Assembly: GCF_030028105.1 (NCBI RefSeq)
Contig: NC_092400.1
Coordinates: 29,966,206-30,030,205, forward strand
Direction: 5' to 3'
Source: Mobula birostris
Lineage: Eukaryota
Length of the DNA: 64,000 nucleotides
A program made the translations under genes and the position numbers. The notes under the pieces are model-generated. The model was given only the letters and a program-made list of their open reading frames with translations, did no database searches and had not been told where the DNA came from. Below are positions 53,110 to 63,928 of this stretch, one piece after another (position 1 is the stretch's first letter; the number at the start of each line of letters is the position of its first letter).

Positions 53110-54806
53110 TAAAACATCAAGAAAGATTGAAAACATGGAGGCGAGTGTTCAGCACTGTGTACCAGCCTCTCACGCACTGCTGCCAGAGACAGGTGACTGT
53201 GTGCTGGTCTTTCTCTCTCTCCTCACTGCTTTTGAATGACTTCTCTCTCCTGCAATGCTGTCAGAGGACATTGCTGGAGGAAGGTTTAATCAACACAGTT
53301 TGTGGATTGGACTATGATCTGTTTTTTTGGGGCTTTGAATCAGAGCAGCCTGCAGCTAATGAACTCTGAGCTATACTAAATTTGGATTCCTTTGTTTTTG
53401 TGTTTTATATTCTGTGTGTTTACTTGTTCTTTTCGTTGCCACTTGGACAATTTGTTTCTTATGCATAGTGGACAGTTAATGTTTTTCTGTGAATGGGTTC
53501 CATGATTTTCTCTGTTTTGTGGTTGGCTGTGGGGAGATGAAAGGATTGTGTGTTGCATGCATCCTTTGATAATGAATGTACTTTGAATCTTTTACTTCAG
53601 CATTTAAAGGAGGCCTGCCCAAATTGCAATTTCCTTCACAGAATTAAACTATTCTCAGGATTCAATTTCATCACTCAAAACTTGAACTCCAATCTCAGAC
53701 TTTTGTCTGGAACTGCATGTGCTGCATTATGAAAATTATTAAAATAGTAATTTTGAAAACTGACAGGAATTTTTACACAAAACTTGCTTCCAACATACAA
53801 ACGACTGAAGGGACAAATACCAAATTTCAGGAAACTTAATGCAGAATAATTTTTGTTTCTAAGAATGTAAACTTTGCCAAGCCTATTTTCTTTAACACCA
53901 AACTTCACTCAAAACCTTACAAGATCGTGATATTCTAATTGCCATAATCCAAACATACATTGCTCCAGATAAAATAATCAGATGATTTACAGGTCACTTT
54001 ACATTCAATTTATGTGATAATAATTAATCCTTTACACAACACCACATTACGAACAAAAATTGGGATTTATGAAGAAGAAATATTGATTTTGGCACCTGAC
54101 TCCGGGAAATTAAATCCTCTCCCAGTCCAAGATGTTTCAACATTCACCTGAAGTAGAGTATCTGGGATCTGGGAAACAGAGTCGTCATTTAACATTTCAT
54201 CTCGAGGGAAGTAATCCAATCGTGCAACCATGGTGCCAAGAAACAGCCTTGCAGAGGTTGTTAGGTGACATCGTAATGTTCAATAGCATTTTCATATACG
54301 TTGAGTTATTATTCAAATTCCAATTGAGTTATGTGGAAGAAATTTTATTTAGGAATCCAGTACTGTTTTGCAACAATTCACACCTTGCACTGAACAGGGA
54401 AATTGCGATTCCAACTCAAACGCGTTTAGAGAAACTCTTATTTGCATAGGTTTTTTTTAATACATCGTTGTTCGAAGAGCAGTCCCTAAAGAATGGTCCC
54501 GTTAATTCCCAACCCACAAACCCTGAACAGCTAAACAAGGACATTTAAACCAAACAGGAGCACGATCGAATATCGCCATTTGGTTTAACATCAACTGGCT
54601 ATTCTAGAAATACTCGTACATTAACATCAACAGTAACTTCGAGATAAGTCACAGAATTATCGTCATATCAGGGCGGCGAGGCAAATCCGTTTCCAAAGCT
54701 GCTCCAATAAATCCGGGAAAATAAGATTCAACTGCAGGAATAGTAACCTGACCTTGCGCCCAGTCCCGGAAGGAGGAACCAGAATAACTTGGAACCGCCG
54801 CACAGC

Positions 54807-55112
54807 TCATTTAATGATCTGGAAGTCCGAATAGTCCCGCTGCTGGGTCCGCTTCTGGTTGGTGAATTCAGCCTTCTCTATGCGGGACCTCGGGCTGCCC
54901 GTCTTGCTAAGCCAAGTCTGCATGGCCCTCACCGGCTCATCGGCACCCTGCAGTTGTCCCTTAACTGTTCCTCTTTCGGTGTTCTGCACCCAACCCACCA
55001 GGCCCAGCCGCTTCGCCTCTTTCTGCGTATGTTTGCGGAAGAAGACTCCCTGCACCTTGCCGAACACTTCATAATCCACCGAGACAAGATGCCCCTGACC
55101 ACCCGACGACAT
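54807..55112 (-). CDS. acyp1: Acylphosphatase (ACYP1-like), 101 aa, intronless CDS
   Basis: MSSGGQGHLVSVDYEVFGKVQGVFFRKHTQ...GLVGWVQNTERGTV...GSP...DYSDFQIIK; catalytic Arg (FFR) and Asn (VQN) intact; Kozak GCGACCATG. Confidence 0.92.
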   Translation of the reverse strand: MSSGGQGHLVSVDYEVFGKVQGVFFRKHTQKEAKRLGLVGWVQNTERGTVKGQLQGADEPVRAMQTWLSKTGSPRSRIEKAEFTNQKRTQQRDYSDFQIIK

Positions 55113-55450
55113 GGTCGCAGAAGCTGAGACTATCGTGGTCCTTAGCAACCGCCACATCCACCCAAGAACAGCCTTCTGGGAATGATAGCACCCGGTAGCG
55201 TGTGGAACTACCGATCCCGACACCCCTCATGTCTAGTTCGCGCAGTCGCAAGACTAGAGGTGCGGGATATTTGAAACTGGAATAAAATATGAAAACGATC
55301 TCAGACGTGAAAATTGTTTGCGGCACTAAATGAAAGGGGGTGGGGTCTTGAGTCAACGTAACGAGTGATAGACCTGGCCGGGATAGATGGAAACATCCGG
55401 AAAGTCTTAAAGTGAAATATAGAAAACGCGACATTTTAAACAGCGAAGCG
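55113..55450. promoter_or_regulatory. CpG promoter of acyp1-like with two ZNF143-type motifs and an RFX X-box-like site
   Basis: GCTATCATTCCCAGAAGGC (55171-55189, -), ACTACCGATCCCGACACCC (55207-55225, +), GTGGTC-CTT-AGCAAC (55135-55149); CpG-dense. Confidence 0.65.
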
Positions 55451-56513
55451 TGAATTTGGATTATATGTTTTAGAATGATATATATTATTGTGATCTTCAC
55501 TAAGCCTAGATTCTTGTTCCCTCAGTTGGTCCAAAGGTTAAAAAAAATAGGAAAATGCATTTGCTGAAAAGGCAAAATAAAATCAGAAAAGTACTGGAAA
55601 TCTCAGATCAGTGATTATGAGAAGACAAACAGTTAATATTTCAGGTCCATCTATAAAACAAATTGCAGATTTGGAGAGAAGAAAAGGAATGTCTGATAAG
55701 GTGTGTCTGCGTGTGTAAACAGGGAAGTGAATGAGGATAAAAGAGAAAAATATGAAAAAAAATCAACATCCTGGAATTGTGAAAAGCTAATTAGAACAGT
55801 TGCTGGAAGTCTTAAGGCAATACTGGAAATAATCAACAAATCAGGCAGTATCTGCAGAGAAAGTAAAGCTGAGTTAATGTCACAGATTGATGATCTGAAA
55901 GGATTAAATGCTGAATTCAACTGTGAGGCCTACAAAGTGTCTAAACTGATGATGAGGGGCAGTACCTTGAGCTTATGTTAGGCTTTGTTGGAACAATTTA
56001 GGAGGCCAATGGCAGATATGTTGGAGAGGGAGTAGGATCTGGAATTATGGTGATTGGCAATTGGAAACTCAGGAGCACTCTTGTGGATTGATTAGAAGGG
56101 TTGAGGAAAATGTCATTTGGAATCTCTTTGCCTTCATTCCATCATGGACAGGTCTAATTGTTTTAGGGTGATATTGTTAATGACTTTCTTGTGCCATCAT
56201 TGTATGTCGCTATCTGTTTCTAAGAAAATTATTAACAATGTTCAAAATCTAGGGCTTAATTTTACTTAGACCTCTTGAAAGGGATTTTTATCTTTATTAG
56301 ACTTTAAGTTATAAATACTTGACATCATAGAACAAACATCCCTATGGTTGAAAGTAAACAAAATAAATTAGAACTGTTTGAAGGAAAATAAAATTACAAA
56401 ATTATTAATAGCAAATAATTTTACAGTATTTATATAAGAATGAAACAAAATGATTTGATAAATGATCACTGTAGAGCCAGAAGCTTTAAAACATTTTAGT
56501 ACATTCAGTAGAG

Positions 56514-56519
56514 TTTATT
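56514..56519 (-). terminator. Candidate polyadenylation signal of the FIIND-CARD gene
   Basis: AATAAA about 120 nt after the stop codon. Confidence 0.4.
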
Positions 56520-56637
56520 ATTGGAGAGATGAAACCTAGATTCTTATGTTATAATTCTAACAAAGAATACATTTCACTGGTGGAGTAAAGCTGATCATCA
56601 GATAGCTTCAGTTATATTGCATATCTGCAAAACTAAT

Positions 56638-57095
56638 TTATGAAAAATTGTGGCCAAGTAAATAACCTACAATCATACCACTGAATATACAAACCAAATG
56701 AGCCAGCCATGTACTTAATATTTTGTTATTAATATCCTTTACAGTTAAACTATCATCCTGTAAACAAGCTAAACTCCATTGTTTTAAACAGTTGTTACAT
56801 AATTTGTCTGAATAATTACATCCCACTTCATTCACAAAACAAGGATTATTTTCAAGTAGTATATTGTACAGTTCTTCTTCTGCTTCTTCTCCCCTTTTCA
56901 TTATTAGTTGAACTAGGGCTCTATTTTGTTGAACCTCTGTAATATGAGAGCCAACCTCACGCTCTTCATTTATGTTAATAACATTTTTGAGTCGCAGCTG
57001 TGACCAGATTGGTTGAGTCATTTTAAGACAATAAATAATTTCCTTTTTATGTCTTCGTACAAAATCCACACCTTTCTTCAATTTTTTAAACATAT
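56638..57095 (-). CDS. NLRP1/CARD8-like protein, last exon: CARD, Cys-rich linker and C-terminal transmembrane helix
   Basis: ttttatctccag| phase 1; VDFVRRHKKEII...NRALVQLIMKRGEEAEEELYNILLENNPCFVNEV (ASC/NLRP1-type CARD pattern), then ILSTWLAHLVCIFSGMIVGYLLGHNFS*. Confidence 0.82.
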
Positions 57096-57751
57096 CTGGA
57101 GATAAAAGATGAATTATCAATGGAAGTTAGAGAAATATAGGTGATTTATACTAACTACTACTTGCATTTTAAATTTCTGATTTGGTAGCTATATTAATTT
57201 TTGTTTGTTATTTTTTGGTGTTCAGATTTTCCACAGTCATTCATATATGACTGGATATTTGCTTGCATTGCTCAAGAGAAAGGCAGAAAAACAAATATCT
57301 ATCAATTGAGGATGTTCGGATTAGTACCTTCATTTCTGTACATTACAAAATAGGAAACCTATAAGATCTTGGGGACTGTGGTTGGACCCCAGATCTAACC
57401 CAGAGCTCAGAATTATTTATTGGATCCGCAAGGTGATCAGGTAGGTTAGAATTATAATGCCCTGGGGATAAACTCCTATTTTCACATTCATGTTACATAT
57501 AATACTTTCTAGTGGACATATTTCCTTGCATCAATGCTGGCTGCATCTTGGAAAACCAGACTATGAGAAAGGGGTCTCACAGACATTTGACTCATATTAA
57601 CAAAGCAAGGATTATTTGTGATTCAGGCATGATAAATACTTTGCAGATCTCCTGAAGAAAGAAAGCATGTAACTGCTTCAGTACATTCATATTAGCTTGT
57701 TTATGAGTTCAGTAGAAATTGTCATTTGTAAATAAATTTCTATAGCTTGTC

Positions 57752-58050
57752 ATAGAAACATAGAAAACTTACAGCACAATATAGGCCCTTCGACCCACAA
57801 TGCTGTGCCGAACATGTACTTACTTTAGAAATTAACTAAGGTTACCTTTAGCCCTCTATTTTTCTAAGCTCCATGCACCTATACCAGGAGTCACTTAAAA
57901 GACGCTATTGTATCCGCCTCCACCATATTCGCCGGCAGCCCATTCTATGCACTCACCACTCTGTGTAAAAAAACTTACCCGACATCCCCTCTGTACCTAC
58001 TTCCAAGCACCTTAAAAATGTGCCTGATCTATTAGCCATTTCAGCCCTTT
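57752..58050 (-). mobile_element. CR1-clade LINE 3' end
   Basis: Homologous to 1127-1440. Confidence 0.8.
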
Positions 58051-59298
58051 AACAATGAAGTATAAAATTCATATTTAATTTTGAAACTGACCCAATCATG
58101 CATGCTTGTATTTTTTGTCGTACTTTAGGTCCTTACTGTGTGTTTACAGTGCAGAAATAGACCATTTGGCTAGAATCAGCTATAAATGCATATATATATA
58201 TATATATACACACACAGAGCTAGGATGCCTAAGATTTGCGCTGTACTATATTTGTTGAGGTGGAGCAGAGAGCGAGTTTGTCAATCTGACGGGAGCAAAG
58301 GAGGTTGGGAATGGTGAGGGTAGATCTCTGCAGGAGGGCTGTGGGTCAGGTGGCAGAGAAGGAGTGCCAGGGCTGGGAGTTGGGGGGAGCTGTAGCACAA
58401 ATGCAGACACACCCAGCCCTGAGACACCCAGCTAGGTCATTTGATTCCAAACAAATGGTTTATTGATTATTACAAAATATTTCTCTGGTGTTTCCTGATT
58501 TCTCTACTCTCCCTTCCCCTTTTCCCAACCATGATTCCCTTTTCCCTGCCCATTCTCACTCTCAGCCCACAATGGAGGCCCATATCAGAATCAGTTTTAT
58601 CATCGCTCAAATATGTCATGAAATTTGCTTTTTGTGTGGTAGCAGTACAGTGCAACACATAAAATTACCACAGTACTATGCCAAAGTCTTAGGCAGCCTA
58701 GCTATATATATGCCTAAGACTTTTGCACAGTACTTCCATTCTTTTCCCTAATGTGTGTTTATCTAGATACCCTTTAATTTATTGACTCTAGTTCTCTTAA
58801 CTTATGGTAGAGCTCCAGTTTCTAATCATTCTCTGGGAAAAGAGACACCTCCTGAAATAGTGGATTTACTCATGACGATTTAAGTTATTGACCCCAAATC
58901 TGGTTTCCTGTAAGGGAGGTTCCTTCTTTAGGCCAACAGTGTTAAGTACTTTTTACAAAAAAAACTCACTAATATACAGTATAGCCAGTTTTGTTTAATT
59001 CCTTTTATACAAGCATGGTGCAGAGAACAATTCTACTGATCTTCAATCATTTGCTATTAAAACTATTTCAGAAATAATTCTGTAATCCTGGCTCACTGTA
59101 AGCCTTGATTTTCACCTTTAACAAGTATTTTTATTTCTATTACATGACAATGCCATGGAAAATCTAAACTACATTGTATTACACATGACTTGTCTTCAAG
59201 ATAAACCACATTAGCACCTATCTGATATACATTTATTTTATGTATCAATGAAATAAAATACATTCATTTAACCATCAGAATATTATGCACTGACTTAC

Positions 59299-59440
59299 CC
59301 GGTTTTATCAGTAATTCCCATAAAACAGCGATTTTATTTTTCTCTGTCAAACTTAGTTTAATACTGTAGTTCATATCTGTGCAATTCACTTCATAAAATG
59401 GTTGCTTTAGATTATACCTGAAGTAGCAGAATTTTATATC
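59299..59440 (-). CDS. NLRP1/CARD8-like protein, FIIND UPA C-terminal exon
   Basis: 142 bp, tttttaatgacag|DIKFCYFRYNLKQPFYEVNCTDMNYSIKLSLTEKNKIAVLWELLIKP+G|gtaagt; cf. NLRP1 ELELCY...QLFSEFY...[22 protein letters not shown]. Confidence 0.88.
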
Positions 59441-60523
59441 CTGTCATTAAAAAGAAATTTGGTAAATTGGATTGACAGGAAATTATTTTTAATCATTGTA
59501 CACTGGGTTATAGTGGCAACAATGGTAAATACAAGGAATTTGAAAAAGGACATTGAACGTTGTATCCAACATAAAATGCTCATTTTTTTTGCTGTTCATG
59601 ACAAGTCAACGTCATGATTAAATCTAGGAAATCAAAACAGTAAATTTGTCTTATTGTCAGCAATGTGTGTATTTTTCTAACATCATTAATTATTTCTTTA
59701 ATTACACTTAAATGCCCACTGTAAAGTTATAAGGTCAATTTTAATCTTACAAGTCACATGAAATTATCAAGACTTAACCTCTGGCTTATGCTGGAGTAGC
59801 TGATCTGATGTTGGATAATGGGAGCCACAGTTAGCACAGAATGGGATGACTCGGCCCAAGTTCCAACCTTGTGCCATCTTATCTTAGGTATAACAAAATT
59901 TAACTCACACAATCTTCAGGTCCTGCTGCAGTTATGAAACATTTTCCTTAAAGTCTGGTTAACAATTTCAAAATGTATAATGAGTCATAGGTGTGATTAT
60001 CAAGAACAACTGATAAAAGTGATGGAAGTTGTCATGATGGGAGTGAAGATATGTTAGCAGGGAAAAGAGTATAACCCCTTGTAAGAAACCAAAATATTCA
60101 ATGCAGTCATGCCGACAAATTGTGCAGTTTAGATTCAACATGTTACAGCAGATACAACTAAAAGACATGTATATTTTAGCTAGAAATTAATGAATTATAA
60201 ATGACTTGTCTGCAAAATTTGGTAGTAAGGAATACAATGGAAGTAAATCATTCAGCTGAACCTTAAAATTATGTAGGCACTGGAGGTTCTCAGACTTTCT
60301 TTTCAAAATATAATCAAAAGAATGTGGAATAGATTTCCATGCAAATAAATTAATCTAAAATGCATAGCTGTACAATTATATAGTAAGGAACAAACATACT
60401 GTATATATGTGGCTAAGGAGAGGAGGCAGGGGGCATTTAAAAAGTAAACAATGCCAATTTATTATACATTCATTAAGCATAACTCAAGTATTTTAAGTAA
60501 AGGAAAGCTTAAATCCTCCAAGA

Positions 60524-60790
60524 GAACCACAACCTTGTCATGGTTTGGATGCTTGTGTGCCACTATGACCTGGAGAGCTAGGTTGGCCGGAGTCAGGGCT
60601 TTATGTATTGGCTCTTGGTAGGGTCACCCATACCAAATAGGTCAGACTAAGAGTGAGCCACCAGTCCTCCAGGTTTAGGGGTACAGCCTAGAGCTAACAA
60701 CCCTGATTGGTAAAACAAAATTGTTATGGAAACAGCAGTGAACAATCCTTCTACGTCTGAGTGCAATGGTATTGTTGAGTTGTAATGGCG
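60524..60790 (+). mobile_element. RTE-like retroelement 5' fragment
   Basis: accttgtcatgg...agagcta...ggtagggtcaccca...aggtc resembles RTE/Expander 5'UTRs (recalled). Confidence 0.45.
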
Positions 60791-61483
60791 TAATGCAGTG
60801 GCATAGAAGTAACAAAGCTTAAATAGTAAAGCAATGAATATTTTTTGTGTCGAAATGCTGATAGGATTAAAAATGTTATTAAGTCTTTGGAACTGATAAG
60901 GGTTTTAAAGTTGAACTCAAGACAGAAAAGCTTGATTTATAGATAAGAAGGGGACAAAGGGATGTAAGGTAAGTGCAAAAAAAGTAGCATTGAGGTGAAA
61001 GAACAGTCATGATCTTTTTGAATGGTAAAGCAGGAATGAAGGACTAAATGGCCTACTCTTGCTTCTGTGTTCCTATGTACCTAATACTTCTTACTCGTTC
61101 TAGAATTTTGCATATAGCAGAAGTATCCAAAGAGTCATAAAGGTAAATCTGCAACTAGAAAAGGAGCACAATTACACTTAGTATACGATAAGTTAAGGAA
61201 ACATTAAAAATTAAAACTGAGAAGGCAAGCAAAAAAAAAGCTATTACAGAATGAATGTTGAATTTTTAATGTTCTGATGTTACATAAATTATTCTGTAAT
61301 AATTTTATTCATCAACTGTGTCATGATCAATCAGCTGGTGTCACCATTAAATATGCTATTAGTGTTGATAGAAGAAGTAGTGAACTTGATATGTATGCTG
61401 TAAAATATTGTAAATAATATAAAATAATATTGTACATAAATAATTATAAAATAGTTAATTTTGAACATTTTAATCCTACTTAC

Positions 61484-61606
61484 TGATGGTGTTATTGTCA
61501 CATTTGCACAGGATGTGAGCTTGTATTTCTTGCCATAGGTGAGGGTGATTATTTGTGGTCTTTGAATTTTCATTGATTTTATATTGTTTTCATGCAAGTC
61601 AACTGC
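61484..61606 (-). CDS. NLRP1/CARD8-like protein, FIIND UPA middle exon
   Basis: 123 bp, ttttttgtatttcag|AVDLHENNIKSMKIQRPQIITLTYGKKYKLTSCANVTITPS|gtaagt; cf. NLRP1 AIDDLEMKFQFVRIHKPPP..LYMGCRY...EILPK. Confidence 0.88.
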
Positions 61607-63671
61607 CTGAAATACAAAAAAGCTAAGATTTTTGGTCTGTAAAGTAAAAAAGTACTTTTTAAAGTGAATAACATGAATCAATACCATTTTTTCTATAGCA
61701 CCGTCACCATGAAGAATCTGAATATGCACAGTTTAATAGCATTAAATATATTATGATCAGTCCACTTAATCAATGTATACAATAATTAAAATATGAAATA
61801 AGGCTATTTGTAAGCTGAATGAGGCTAAATTTAATTTAAAAAACAACTGTAGATACTGGAAATGTAAAACAAAGAAAGAAAATGTTGCAAGTATGCAGTG
61901 GAGAGTGTTTCAAAAACTGTGTCAGAAATGAAAAATAAGGATAACCTAAACAAATGTTCTCATTTAATATTGTTCTGGACCATATATTTTAGGAATATTG
62001 ACCATATATTAGGTTCTCTGTACTTATCCCCTTTCCTGGTAGTAGATAAGAAAATGCTTAGAGTTTTATGTGGAATCAGTTCTCTTATTTGCCCTATATT
62101 CTCACATGTTCACTGGCATCTATCTGGAAGCTGGGATATCTGTTAATGAGTTATTAAATATGGTAATATATTCAAGTCTCATTCTACTTCATCTTTTCTG
62201 GTGGCTATGCGCAAGCAGATGAGTGGTTGAATTAAAACTTTTTAAAAAATCTTTCCATTCTTATCATTATCAAATCCCAAACACATATGATCCTCTGGAT
62301 AAAAATACTACTACTTTGTACTCCACAACCAATCTTCCCAAAACAAAAATGAAAAATGCCGCAAATACTCAGCATGACAGAGTGAGAAAAGAAATACATA
62401 GATGACCATGAGGATAACAAGGTGAGACGGGCAAAGTTTAAACCTTCAAAGGACATTTATGAGATGTTTTTGCTTACATAGAAAGTGGTAGGTGCCTGGA
62501 ATTACTGCCAGGGGAAGTGGTGGAAACACATATGATAGCAACATTTAAGAGGGATTTAGAGACACACAAACAAGTAGGAACTGAAGGGATATAGACCATG
62601 TGCAGGCAGATGGGATTAGAAGGTCTGAGGAACTAAATAGCCTACTTCTTCCCTTAATAATGTATGCTTGTATATAAATGCAACATACTACAAATTCCAG
62701 AAATCTGAACAGAAATTTCAGGAATTGTTCAGGTGATATCTGTGGAAAGGTCATTAGCCTAAAATATTATCTCATTACCCCAGAACTTGATCAGTGCAGA
62801 AAGCAGAAAGGCCCATTTCTGTGCTGTACTGTTCTATATTCTATCTTATTCTTTTAAACTCTGTGAAATGCAGATACTTACGTGATGTAATCTAAACAAA
62901 TGCCTAGATTGATATGAACCAGCACTGTGTACAATTTTCTTTCAAAACTCATGCATTTAATTAATATTAACACCTAAAATCATTACAGAATCATAATTAA
63001 AATAATAAATTCTATTGTTCTTTCTTGTGGGTGTAAAAACTCATTTAAATTAATCTGTTTATGAATATAATGTCATATCTATCCTCGAGTTCTTAACCCA
63101 TTCTGGAATCCACATGGAGCCCAGATGTGCAATGTAACCAGGAAATCACCAGAAAAACTGATTGAGTTTTGGGATTTCTGTATTCATGTGGCATATGCAA
63201 GTGCAATGGGAAATGTAGGTATTTCCAGAAAACACCAATGTTTGTGTGACATTAATATGTATAAATTGGAAGCCATGCTTCCTACACTGCAAATAAAACA
63301 CTTCACTGGCTGCAAAGAAATGAAATGTCTTGAGATTTTTTAAGCAAGGATTACTCAATATGGCTTGATAGTAAAGATTTCAGATGACTTTTCCTCCCAT
63401 TGTTCTGATGAAATTTAAAACTAATTATATTGACATAAAAAGGAGTCAAACGAGGGAAACTTTTGGGTTTATTTGGCCTACTTTCACACAGTATGACACT
63501 TACTAATCAGGCCTAGTAACCAGGCCATAATCATAATTGGTGAAGAATTTATTGAAGGAATTTGAAAATATTTGAGTTCCAAGATTTTATTATATACTAA
63601 ATGGAAATTAACACACTTACTTTAAAAATCAAAGATGGCTACTCTTCCTTATATTAAAATTTATTCATTAC

Positions 63672-63928
63672 CTGTATTAATGCTGAATCATTTGGTAGCA
63701 AATACACGTGGAAGTTTGAAGAATCGGCTTGGAGAGTCTGATATATTAATATGATAGCATGCACAGGCACTTGGCAAACTTGACACAGGATAACACCCAT
63801 AATGGTAAGAGGCTGATTTCTTAATATAGCATGAGATAAAGTCACTTCTGATGGAATTTCCAGGAAGAAAATATTATTTCTGAAACATGCAATGTTGTAT
63901 ACTGCAGAGTACATAGCCTCTCTTGAAC
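63672..63928 (-). CDS. NLRP1/CARD8-like protein, FIIND ZU5/UPA junction exon (upstream exons outside the window)
   Basis: 257 bp, atttttag| phase 1, SREAMYSAVYNIACFRNNIFFLEIPSEVTLSHAILRNQPLTIMGVIL...ILIYQ...FHVYLLPNDSALIQ|gtaatg; cf. NLRP1 AHFKEEGMLLEKPARV..HIVLENPSFSPLGVLL...FHLYLIPSD. Confidence 0.88.

Noticed and set aside
55158-55223. Extra N-terminus of the 138-aa ORF call for ACYP
   Set aside because: Starts at GTG within promoter motifs; not a plausible eukaryotic start
57325-57520. Open stretch EICPLESIICNMNVKIG...NNSELWVRSG, superficially like a UPA end
   Set aside because: Bounded by stops with no in-phase acceptor; the true UPA end is in 59299-59440
59968-60168. His/Cys-rich 66-aa ORF in the FIIND gene intron
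   Set aside because: No splice support or homology; the flanking FIIND exons join in frame without it
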